Origin: a virus
Lineage: Duplodnaviria > Caudoviricetes
IMG/VR virus record: IMGVR_UViG_3300032233_002826
Coordinates: 54,532-118,531 of that record
DNA length: 64,000 nucleotides
Direction: 5' to 3' (one strand)
This document shows, in pieces, positions 28,753 through 37,609 of this stretch. Every line of letters starts with the position of its first letter. Positions within the stretch are counted from its first letter, which is position 1. The translations under genes and the position numbers were made by a program. A model generated the notes under the pieces. It ran no database searches and was not told the DNA's origin. It saw only the letters and a list, made by a program, of their open reading frames with translations.

Positions 28753-28780
28753 ATTATAGCATAAATTATTTAATTTTCAA
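28753..28780 (-). promoter_or_regulatory. Sigma70-like promoter for tRNA-Glu
   Basis: TTGAAA-N16-TATAAT with extended -10 TG. Confidence 0.6.
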
Positions 28781-28784
28781 GTGA

Positions 28785-28931
28785 AATTTATCGCCGGTTG
28801 TATCTTGTCCTTTTGGGACTGGCATTCGGGAGTGAGTAGCCCTACTGATTACCCTACAACTAGGTACATTTGAGCCTGATGGGTGCTTTGAAACCCGGAC
28901 CTTACTTTGGTTTTACCAGCGGCGATGAATT
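28785..28931. ncRNA. Candidate 147-nt structured RNA
   Basis: 12-bp closing inverted repeat with several internal stems. Confidence 0.45.
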
Positions 28932-28934
28932 GTT

Positions 28935-29231
28935 TCACCAAGTATGAATTCGATCCTTATTTACCTTGTAGTAACGCATGATTCGATCATTGAACTTCTG
29001 TAATTCGCGCAAAACCTGTTGCGGCACACTACCAAAATTATTTGTATTTGTCATAGCACGACCAATAGCAATCTGAAGTGCCATGTCCTTGGTGAATCGG
29101 TCATTTTTACGGCAATAAGAGTAGTGAACGCTAACTTCGCCGTCAGGCAGTTTCACAGCAACCAGTACGCCGCGAGGATTACCCTTCTTATCACGAAGAT
29201 AATGAATCAGAGTTTGAGCAGGAACATTCAT
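28935..29231 (-). CDS. Hypothetical phage protein
   Basis: YSYCRKNDRFTK..IAIGRA pattern; motif A upstream. Confidence 0.7.
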   Translation of the reverse strand: MNVPAQTLIHYLRDKKGNPRGVLVAVKLPDGEVSVHYSYCRKNDRFTKDMALQIAIGRAMTNTNNFGSVPQQVLRELQKFNDRIMRYYKVNKDRIHTW

Positions 29232-29610
29232 TTTTATTTTCCTTAATTGAATAACATTCTACGCCAAATTTTATTTTATCAGCCGAAGTGTTCTTCGCAA
29301 GCCGAGTCGATCTCGTAATTTACGCAACCGTCAGGATTATCTGCAACCACAGGGTCATTTTTAGCAATATTTCTCATAATTTCTGCAACAACCTTTGCAG
29401 CAATCGAAACATCATTATCCCTAATAATTTCGGCAATCTTGTCTTCGATGGTATTCATTATTTTCTCCTTGTAACTCTAAAACATTCTACATCAAATTTT
29501 ATTTTAACCCAGCGGGGAGGGAGGGGACAGGCCAGCGGGCGTTAGTTACGCACGTCTGCGACCATCGCTCGCGCTTGGGGCGTACCTGTCCCCTCCCTTC
29601 GACCCCTACC

Positions 29611-29922
29611 TCACGCCGCTTCCGAAACGTCCGTAGTCTCGACGTTCTCGGTAGCCGCGACGGCCTCGACCGGAGTGGCCTCGTCAACCACCGGAGTCTC
29701 AACCTTCTTCACCACCATAAGATCACCTGCACCTACAAGATCGAGAGACACATTCTCGTCGATTTCATAAACACGAGTTGGCTTGCCCTTTCCACTCTCG
29801 TGAAAAACCTTTTCCACAATGGTGGCCTTGCCTGACTTGGCAAGATAAGAAACAATACCAGCAGCAACAACGTAACTAACGCCCAACTTCGTCTCAACCT
29901 GTCGAACTGTCATCTTAGCCAT
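29611..29922 (-). CDS. Winged-HTH-like protein with acidic tail, paralog of 15069..15299
   Basis: Shared VSYVVA and FHxSGKGKPTRVYE. Confidence 0.7.
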   Translation of the reverse strand: MAKMTVRQVETKLGVSYVVAAGIVSYLAKSGKATIVEKVFHESGKGKPTRVYEIDENVSLDLVGAGDLMVVKKVETPVVDEATPVEAVAATENVETTDVSEAA

Positions 29923-30015
29923 AACTAAACCCTTTCATTCTTCTTTGTTTATTAGTCTCGCACAGTGCTTGACTATCCATATAACATTCTATGGGGGATT
30001 TTGTTTTCAGTCCCC

Positions 30016-30525
30016 TCAAGAATCTTCTTCTTCGATAAAATCAATCTCAATCCGAACCGCATTTCCATCTTTATCGACAAAATAACTCACTTCGTATGTA
30101 CCATCTCCATAGCCGCTGCTGCTAACAACTCCGTTGGGAATCACTCCCCACTGGAACTTGCTAAGAGTCCGGTCGCAACAAATGCTGTACCAAGGCTCAT
30201 CTTCACAAATGGTTTGATTGTGAACGCGCTCAACATCTTTAACACAACTATCATTTTTATATGAATTGAGATCAAAAATGCCAGCCTGACCGCTATCGAC
30301 ACTAATGGATTCTTCTTCGCGATGAAGTCGCAAAAAAGGCCCATTGAATTCAGCAGTCAAACTAATGACTCGCTCATCCCAAGAAGTATTCTTTACTTCT
30401 GCACTTGCAACCCATTCACCATTCTTGGCTGGAATAATAATGCCGCCAAGAAGATCATCCTTGTCATAACAAGGATCGCTAATTCTAATCTTGCCGCTTT
30501 TTACATTGAAAATAGGCATACTCAT
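30016..30525 (-). CDS. DUF4241-like protein
   Basis: ISDPCY, VDSGQAG and SSGYGDGTY motifs. Confidence 0.65.
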   Translation of the reverse strand: MSMPIFNVKSGKIRISDPCYDKDDLLGGIIIPAKNGEWVASAEVKNTSWDERVISLTAEFNGPFLRLHREEESISVDSGQAGIFDLNSYKNDSCVKDVERVHNQTICEDEPWYSICCDRTLSKFQWGVIPNGVVSSSGYGDGTYEVSYFVDKDGNAVRIEIDFIEEEDS

Positions 30526-30562
30526 CCTCCATGATTCTATAACATTCTACACTAATTTTTAT

Positions 30563-30835
30563 TTACTGACTGATGCCGTATTCTGATCCATCAAAAGGAT
30601 CATCCTCGCCAGCGATTCTTGCAATCCTCTGAGACTTTAGAAACTCAATGGTCTTATCAAAACAGTCTTCGCACAAGTCAATGTCGTGCCTAGTAAGGTC
30701 TTTTTTGCTATCGTAGCCCCATGTTGCCCACAAAGACGCATGTTCATTATCGCATGACTTCATGCAACTCTTGCCGCATACATCACAATAAATCTCATCA
30801 AGTTTCTTTCCAACCACTTCTTTAAATGTTTTCAT
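30563..30835 (-). CDS. Small zinc-ribbon protein
   Basis: CDVC..CEDC; motif A and AGGAG upstream. Confidence 0.7.
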   Translation of the reverse strand: MKTFKEVVGKKLDEIYCDVCGKSCMKSCDNEHASLWATWGYDSKKDLTRHDIDLCEDCFDKTIEFLKSQRIARIAGEDDPFDGSEYGISQ

Positions 30836-30877
30836 GGTTTCTCCTATAAATTTCTAACATTCTATATTTATTTTTAT

Positions 30878-31153
30878 TTATAGCCAATCGTTTTTAGCTT
30901 CTTGTCTAAAATAAACACTAAGCAAATACTCATAAATTCCTTTTCGCCCACACTCCCGAATGAACTGAACGCGGTCTGAAGTAGAATGATCCAAATAATG
31001 AGGCAGTTTTTTTACTTTACTCGCCGCATTATCTCTTTCTTTTTTATTAAGATAACTTATTTCGACTAAAGGAACAGAAACATGATATTTGCCTTCTGCC
31101 CACCTGCTAGACAAACAAGTAAACAACGCAGGCAAACACATTGGCCTTTTCAT
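30878..31153 (-). CDS. Hypothetical protein
   Basis: ATG 9 nt after motif A. Confidence 0.55.
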   Translation of the reverse strand: MKRPMCLPALFTCLSSRWAEGKYHVSVPLVEISYLNKKERDNAASKVKKLPHYLDHSTSDRVQFIRECGRKGIYEYLLSVYFRQEAKNDWL

Positions 31154-31686
31154 ATCTGTATAACATTCTATATTATTTTTTATTTTATAGCAAGGATAAA
31201 TGCTAACCTTGAGATAATTTTTAAATTATCTCATAATTTTATAGAAATTAATAAATTATCATAAATTAATTTATGATAATTTAATTTTGTGCATCATAGT
31301 TCTTTTGATGTTCTAAGAATTTATTATTTGTTATATTATTGAATAGTGCCTTTGCTAAATCGTCTAGATTTTTATAGACACCTTCTTCCCAATGATATTC
31401 TGTTCCTACCTTTTTGGGCTTTAGATTATAATTGTCAGCCCATTTTCTGATTTCAGTCCATTTGAACAATGTCATTTGTTCAAATACTCTTGAAGGTCTT
31501 TGGCAAATAACTTGGCATCTTCTTCATTCATGAATTGAATTTTAACTATAGTATTATCTGCCATTACCTGTCGGCACTTACCTCGCGCCTGAATGTCCTC
31601 CTCCAGTTTGGCATCATCATCAAGAATAGTCATGCCCATAAGCCACAACAGACAATTAAAGAAAAAAATACGCATATAACACTCCT

Positions 31687-31947
31687 TTATTTAACTAAAA
31701 TTCCATCCCTGCGAACTGGCATATATCCCTTTTCCATAGGGAAAATGCTACAACCAAAACTCTGCCACCTTCCTGCTGTCCACTCTCTATTTTTGAGATC
31801 ACACTTCACACAGACTTCCCACTTTTTCCAACCCTCCATGCTGCGCTCAATAATGTGACTGTCCTCCTCTGTGGCAGGAGAACAACAATCATATCGTAGC
31901 ATATCAATCGGAAAAGGGCCAGAACCAATTACAATAGCATATTTCAT
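31687..31947 (-). CDS. Hypothetical phage protein
   Basis: FPIDMLRYD..RWQSFG pattern. Confidence 0.7.
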   Translation of the reverse strand: MKYAIVIGSGPFPIDMLRYDCCSPATEEDSHIIERSMEGWKKWEVCVKCDLKNREWTAGRWQSFGCSIFPMEKGYMPVRRDGILVK

Positions 31948-31987
31948 TTTTCACCTGTTCTACAAGAACATTCTATATTAATTTTTA

Positions 31988-32320
31988 TTACCTCAAAAAA
32001 TGACTAATGGGGAAATTTTCAAATTCTTCTTCGTTAGGTACATATTCATTATAATTTATAAATCCACAATAAATATGATCATCGCTACTCACAGATTCGT
32101 CAAGAGAAATCTCATCCCATCTTCCCATCGTGTCTCTATAAATTATACGATGATTTGGAAATATATTAATTATTTCTTTATAGACGTTCTCAGCATCATT
32201 TGTAATAGATTTGTTGCCAAGATTTAAATCAATTAAAAATACTCTGTCCTTATCGACTTTAACAACAGAATAGTCTGCGTCTCTCGTTATACTTTTTTTA
32301 TTAAACATCTTCTGATTCAT
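31988..32320 (-). CDS. Hypothetical protein
   Basis: SITNDAE..IIYRDTMGRWDE pattern. Confidence 0.65.
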   Translation of the reverse strand: MNQKMFNKKSITRDADYSVVKVDKDRVFLIDLNLGNKSITNDAENVYKEIINIFPNHRIIYRDTMGRWDEISLDESVSSDDHIYCGFINYNEYVPNEEEFENFPISHFLR

Positions 32321-32591
32321 AAGGACTTATTCGCCTCCCACAATCAGAACACTCATCATCACACGTTGAGAACCAAGTATCTTCCCATCTATTTCCACAC
32401 TCACATTCATAATGATTAATAAATTGCTTTGGATCGGATGTTGGGTCTGATGTGATGAGTAACTTATTATTTTCTAAATAATTTACCAATTCGCTAATGT
32501 TATTGTCTAATTCTCTTGTTAGAAACTCGCACTTTTGTTGAATTTCTCCAAGTTCGTTCTTTATTTTTACGAACTTTTCAAGAAACTTCAT
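32301..32591 (-). CDS. Hypothetical protein with Cys cluster
   Basis: CECG..W..CDDECSDCG. Confidence 0.6.
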   Translation of the reverse strand: MKFLEKFVKIKNELGEIQQKCEFLTRELDNNISELVNYLENNKLLITSDPTSDPKQFINHYECECGNRWEDTWFSTCDDECSDCGRRISPYESEDV

Positions 32592-33070
32592 ATTGGATCT
32601 CCAATAACAGCAGATTTTGCAACGCCAAAACCAGTAAGACCGAAATCAGAACGACCAAGACTATCTCCGACATTACGCTGCCACTTGTCCTCATCTGTTC
32701 CTTCTTCCTCGTCCAAGTCGATCTTGTCGAGCAACCGTTCAAGTTTTACAGGCGGCTCACCCATCCACTTCTGAGGCTTGATATGCTTGAACCAATCTTG
32801 CATGGAAGGAATAAAGCCGCAATCTTCCATAACGTGCTGTTCGCCAATCCAACGAACAGGAATCATACGACCAGTGCTGATCTGAATGGCATGGCCGAAG
32901 ATTCGCTCACACATGAAGATTCCTTCTGCATGATGTCTCAACGCACGATGACGAAAATCCGCCATCATCATCTTGCTCTCATCAAACCAATCGTGAATGG
33001 CTTGATAATCTTCCGTCTTTCCGCCCCACTTCTTCACGCTGCTCACGGAATGATGATAGGGATTAGCCAT
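32588..33070 (-). CDS. DUF6915-like protein, copy 1
   Basis: PYHHSVSSVKKWGG..IHDWFDESK..HRALRHH..GEQHV. Confidence 0.7.
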   Translation of the reverse strand: MANPYHHSVSSVKKWGGKTEDYQAIHDWFDESKMMMADFRHRALRHHAEGIFMCERIFGHAIQISTGRMIPVRWIGEQHVMEDCGFIPSMQDWFKHIKPQKWMGEPPVKLERLLDKIDLDEEEGTDEDKWQRNVGDSLGRSDFGLTGFGVAKSAVIGDPI

Positions 33071-33208
33071 TGACAAACTCCTTGTTCTCAATGAGTTCCT
33101 TGATGAGAGTGGTCATGACCTCGGACGGCACATAGTGAAACTCATCACAGAAGTATTCAAGATTGTTCATTGTAGTCTCCTTACTATTGTAACATTCTAC
33201 ATTATTTT

Positions 33209-33580
33209 TTATTTTATATTGAATGAGTATTCTTCATCATGTGTTACAAGATACTCCATGTCAACTTTTCGTTCTTTAATATTATAATAAATAGAGCCTC
33301 GGTTGCCATCTCCATTGGCGTAGTCAATACATTTCATTTCTAAAATATAATCGCTAATATTAATGACAAGATCATACAAAGTATAGTTGATTTTTCCTAT
33401 TGAAAATATCGTAGGCTCATCCCAACTAAATTCTTTTTTATCTGGGTATGTTTCACTAAGTTCCATGTTGCCATCGTCACCACTACCATAAAAACTTACT
33501 TGGACTTCATCAATTCCATTTTTTGAAAGAATATCAAATAAATAATTGACTTTTTCTTTGTATTCTTTATTAATTTTCAT
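33209..33580 (-). CDS. DUF6878-like protein
   Basis: FYGSGDDG motif; start moved off the overlapping tRNA. Confidence 0.6.
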   Translation of the reverse strand: MKINKEYKEKVNYLFDILSKNGIDEVQVSFYGSGDDGNMELSETYPDKKEFSWDEPTIFSIGKINYTLYDLVINISDYILEMKCIDYANGDGNRGSIYYNIKERKVDMEYLVTHDEEYSFNIK

Positions 33581-33606
33581 GATAGTCTCCTTACTCAAAA
33601 GAAAAG

Positions 33607-33680
33607 TACCGAAGGTGGGAGTCGAACCCACAACCTATTGATTTTGAGTCAATCGCCTCTGCCAATTGGGCTACTTCGGC
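33607..33680 (-). tRNA. trnL: tRNA-Leu(CAA), short variable loop
   Basis: ATTGA-CTCAAAA-TCAAT. Confidence 0.88.
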
Positions 33681-33686
33681 ATACAG

Positions 33687-33759
33687 TAGGAGTGGCGGGA
33701 TTCGAACCCGCACTTGAAGGATTTTAAGTCCTTTGTCTCTGCCGTTGGACTACACTCCC
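33687..33759 (-). tRNA. trnL: tRNA-Leu(TAA), short variable loop
   Basis: AAGGA-CTTAAAA-TCCTT. Confidence 0.88.
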
Positions 33760-33795
33760 ATAATAGAATAACATTCTATGTTAATTATTATTTAG

Positions 33796-33869
33796 TACCG
33801 CGTGCAGGACTCGAACCTGCGACCCTGGGATTAGAAATCCCATGCTCTATCCAACTGAGCTAACGCGGC
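33796..33869 (-). tRNA. trnR: tRNA-Arg(TCT)
   Basis: TGGGA-TTTCTAA-TCCCA. Confidence 0.92.
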
Positions 33870-34154
33870 AGATTCGTAATTCATCTAACTACAAAACATT
33901 CTAACTTATTTTTTATTTTCTTGGGTTCATGAAAAATTTGATCGCCCTTAATTTTTAATATACTATTTTTTAATTCAACAATAATTTCATCGGCCTTAAC
34001 AACACATTCGCCATCCTTGTAAACCCTAATCATTTCCATGATTTTTCCTCTGGATAAATACTAACCCAAGCCAATTATTATAACAAATTGATAAGATAAT
34101 ATCAAATTTTAAAAAGAATAAAGATAAATTATAAATTATTTTTAATTTGTGCAG

Positions 34155-34241
34155 CGGAATCTGAGGGATTCGAACCCCCGGAGGATTTTATACCTCGGCG
34201 GTTTAGTAAACCGCTGCCTTAAACCACTCGGCCAAGATTCC
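34155..34241 (-). tRNA. trnS: tRNA-Ser(ACT)
   Basis: Ser-type body with long variable arm and G73; GCGGT-TTACTAA-ACCGC. Confidence 0.85.
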
Positions 34242-34245
34242 AAAA

Positions 34246-34318
34246 AGCGGGTGATCGGGTTCGAACCGACGACATATTGCTTGGAAGGCAATCACTCTAC
34301 CAACTGAGTTACACCCGC
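34246..34318 (-). tRNA. trnG: tRNA-Gly(TCC)
   Basis: ATTGC-CTTCCAA-GCAAT. Confidence 0.92.
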
Positions 34319-34322
34319 AAAA

Positions 34323-34394
34323 CTCTGTGAGTAGGACTCGAACCTACAACCGAGCGGTTAACAGCCGCTAGCTCTACCATTGAGCTATCACAGA
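34323..34394 (-). tRNA. trnN: tRNA-Asn(GTT)
   Basis: AGCGG-CTGTTAA-CCGCT. Confidence 0.92.
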
Positions 34395-34407
34395 ATAAAT
34401 CTGATAA

Positions 34408-34481
34408 TCTGAGTGAGAGGATTTGAACCTCCGACTTCTTGCTCCCAAAGCAAGCGCTCTGCCAGGCTGAGCTACACTCAG
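34408..34481 (-). tRNA. trnP: tRNA-Pro(TGG)
   Basis: CTTGC-TTTGGGA-GCAAG. Confidence 0.92.
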
Positions 34482-34485
34482 TAAG

Positions 34486-34558
34486 TGGAGAAGATGGGAC
34501 TCAAACCCACAACCTCCGCGTTGCAAACGCGATGCTCTATCAATTGAGCTACTTCCCC
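34486..34558 (-). tRNA. trnA: tRNA-Ala(TGC)
   Basis: Loop TTTGCAA; G3:U70 pair. Confidence 0.9.
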
Positions 34559-34563
34559 TAAAA

Positions 34564-34634
34564 TTCCGGGGCTAGGATTCGAACCCAGACAAAGAGGACC
34601 AAAACCTCTGGTGCTACCGTTACACTACCCCGGA
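34564..34634 (-). tRNA. trnQ: tRNA-Gln(TTG)
   Basis: AGAGG-TTTTGGT-CCTCT. Confidence 0.9.
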
Positions 34635-34635
34635 G

Positions 34636-34708
34636 AGCCAATGGTCGGAATCGAACCGACGACAGGCAGTTTACAAAACTGCTACTCTACCAACTGAGTT
34701 ACATTGGC
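34636..34708 (-). tRNA. trnT: tRNA-Thr(TGT)
   Basis: GCAGT-TTTGTAA-ACTGC. Confidence 0.92.
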
Positions 34709-35368
34709 TTATTATATTTTATTATAGTTATTTTTTACTTAATCCTTTAGTCAAATAGTTTGCAACCTTACCAGCACATGTCTGAAATGTTTCATTATTA
34801 CTAAAACTCTCAAAATACCAATTAAATACAATATTATTACTTTCTATATCTCCACGAACATCTATAAAATATTCATGCAAAAGATACCAATTAGTTTTCT
34901 TAATATAATTATTTAATTCATTCATCGTATGACGCTTCCTCCATAGGCAACTCATCGTAAATGTCTGATTCATTATCAAACCAAGGTTTTAAGTCAGGTA
35001 GATTCTGCATCCTCTACACCACTACTATTTAAAACCTCTACACAATCGCCATCGCAACCTATAATCTCGCTCCAATGCCAATTTTTAGGCTGCTTTAATT
35101 GCTCGTCATCAAATGTAACTTTTAATATTAATGTTTGCGTCTTTTTCATGCTTCCTCAGTCGCGCTACAAGCGCCATTACATATAAGGCCAAAAATTAAT
35201 AGACCAAACAGGATCAAAGGAACCTTTACAGGCATAAGGTCGTTTCTGGCACAGTAACCCAACCAACTCAAAGCACTAGTGCCAATTACACCTAAAAATA
35301 AAAAGTTCAAAATCCAGTGCATCATATTATATCTCCTATTATAGAAACATTCTATATCAAAAAATATT

Positions 35369-35986
35369 TTAAAGACCATCCAAATGATGGTCATTTGAAA
35401 ATTCACTAACTATCGGCCTTTTCGTAAGAATTGGCACTACTTCTTCCATTAAATTATAAGGACGAAATTCGGGATGACCGTCCATGCCAACGTCCATCCT
35501 TCGGCCTTTTCCAAACCTGCTGTCACCTTTGAAGTGCATGTGACCGTGAAGGTGCATGAAACCATTGTCCAAACCATCCCAACTACTAATGGGATAGTGC
35601 ATTAATACAAATTTAATTTTATCAACAATTAAGATCTTGTAGTGGTCAACACTAACAAACAATCTCTGAGTTTCTTCTTTATTTTTTACATGATGGTCAT
35701 GATTGCCATAAATAAAACAAATATTTTTGCAACTAAGCCTGTCATAAAATTTCTTAATGTTATCAAAACCACCAAAACTCCAGTCACCAAGAAAAAATAA
35801 AGAATCACCCGGCATAACAACATTATTAATATTATTAACTATGCAGGCATTCATTTCATCAAGAGTGTTGAATGGCCTAGTGTTGTGTTCTGGAACGCTA
35901 CCGTCTGGCATACGCCACGATGTAGTGCCACGGCAGATGTTCTTGTGAGCGTAGTGAGTGTCGCTTGTAATCCAAATGTTTGTCAT
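35369..35986 (-). CDS. Calcineurin-like phosphoesterase, phage type
   Basis: TSDTHYAH, LGD, GNHD, HYP and LHGHMH motifs. Confidence 0.85.
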   Translation of the reverse strand: MTNIWITSDTHYAHKNICRGTTSWRMPDGSVPEHNTRPFNTLDEMNACIVNNINNVVMPGDSLFFLGDWSFGGFDNIKKFYDRLSCKNICFIYGNHDHHVKNKEETQRLFVSVDHYKILIVDKIKFVLMHYPISSWDGLDNGFMHLHGHMHFKGDSRFGKGRRMDVGMDGHPEFRPYNLMEEVVPILTKRPIVSEFSNDHHLDGL

Positions 35987-36050
35987 AATTTTTTTTCTTT
36001 TCTGATCTTACAAATTTGTCATAATTTTTTTTCTTTTCTGATCTTACAAA
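35979..36050. repeat. 36-bp tandem duplication at a gene junction
   Basis: Gives KFVRSEKKKNYD twice in ORF 35898..36218. Confidence 0.85.
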
Positions 36051-36422
36051 TTTGAAGATTTCTCCAACATAAACTTTATCACTCCACAAATATGATAAAT
36101 AACCAACTAAAACATCTTTTGTAACGTATGTTATTTTAATTTCTTGATTATTTTTATTTAAATAAATTGAATGACCAAAAAATCCATCTGCTTTGCTTGA
36201 ATAAAAGCCATAATTCATATTAACTAACTATTTCTAAATAATCTTTTAGAATCATATTCTTGAAACATTCTATATTATTTATTATTTAATTGAATTACTT
36301 CCCAAGGAGAAAGTCCATTGTTTTCTGGAATCTTTAACTCAGGATAAAGTTCTAAAATTAGTTTTGATAAGTTCATTACGAAATTATCAACAATTACTTC
36401 ATTTTCTTCTTCAAAATTTAAT

Positions 36423-36791
36423 TTAATTATTAGTTGCTTCATCTAACCATCTCAAATAACTCTTTGCAATATCACAACCCGTCATTGCCAAAAGAATCAT
36501 CTTGTTGTGCAACTTGTCGGGCAATCTTCCGCAAATAACAGACTGCGCGTACTCTTTAATCACAGAAGGTGATGATTCAATAATATAAATTTCAGCGTCG
36601 AACCATCTCTTTTTTAGAACCTCTGCCGCATACCTCACAGCATAAATAGGATTCTTTTTAATTATCTTTTCTTCTTTTTTAGAAAGCCTTTTTCTTTTTA
36701 TTCTAAACTTCCAATAAAGCGTGTTCGCAATATCATTTGAAGCAAACGGCTCCTCATTATAACTCTCCCAGTGTGGCACGGTCAATATCAT
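36423..36791 (-). CDS. LPExxHN-family protein
   Basis: YAAEVLKKRW..GRLPDKLHNKMI. Confidence 0.7.
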   Translation of the reverse strand: MILTVPHWESYNEEPFASNDIANTLYWKFRIKRKRLSKKEEKIIKKNPIYAVRYAAEVLKKRWFDAEIYIIESSPSVIKEYAQSVICGRLPDKLHNKMILLAMTGCDIAKSYLRWLDEATNN

Positions 36792-36800
36792 TTGAAGTAA

Positions 36801-36873
36801 TGGGGCCTGTGGGACTCGAACCCACGACCAAAGGTTTAAAAGACCCTTGCTCTACCAACTGAGCTAAAGCCCC
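36801..36873 (-). tRNA. trnK: tRNA-Lys(TTT), second copy
   Basis: AGGGT-CTTTTAA-ACCTT; directly after motif A. Confidence 0.92.
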
Positions 36874-37294
36874 GACTATTGACTTAACATTCTACATTAA
36901 TTTTTATTTTTTGCAATCCTATTCCAATGACGATTCTGTAAATAACTATCAATCACGCCAAAGGTAATAGCAAAAAGATAAAAACTAAAGTTCATAATAA
37001 AAAGAAAAATGCCACAACTAATTATAGCACCAATAATCAAATAAAGCATGTGAAATAATGTCATTTATTTATCCCCTTTTTAATTACTCAAAATTTCTTC
37101 AACCTGACCAGTAATAAGTCTGATTGGGGCCACATCACAATGAATAGCCATGATTTCTTGGCAATCATTGAGAAGTTCTCGTATCTCCATATATTTATTT
37201 GGATGAGATTCGCTCAAAGCATCAGACAATATCTTCTTGGCCGATGCTATCTTTTGAGCCACCTTGCTCATTGTCTCGACAGTCTGACGGTCAT

Positions 37295-37474
37295 TCATCG
37301 TCCAGCCTCTCCTGTCTTGAACCCCGCAAGAAACGCCGCCTCAAGGGCTTCCTTGACTTGCCATACGCTCATTTCCTTGAAGTCCAGACTATCGCTGTTG
37401 CGTGTCTGTAGCGTTTCCAATCCAAGAATGTTCTTGGCAATTTCTTCAACGATTGTATCTGGATGTTTGCTCAT
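37295..37474 (-). CDS. DUF6900-like small protein (59 aa, not in ORF track)
   Basis: LETLQTRNSDSLDF..VWQVKEALEAAF. Confidence 0.65.
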   Translation of the reverse strand: MSKHPDTIVEEIAKNILGLETLQTRNSDSLDFKEMSVWQVKEALEAAFLAGFKTGEAGR

Positions 37475-37609
37475 GATTGAATGACATTCTATATTATTTA
37501 TTATTTAAATATGCTGGATAGATGCTAACCCATATGATTTTTATTTAAATGCCCAACCCCTCGCCCCATGACTTTCATCACAAGGCGAGGGGGAACAGCG
37601 GGCTTTATA

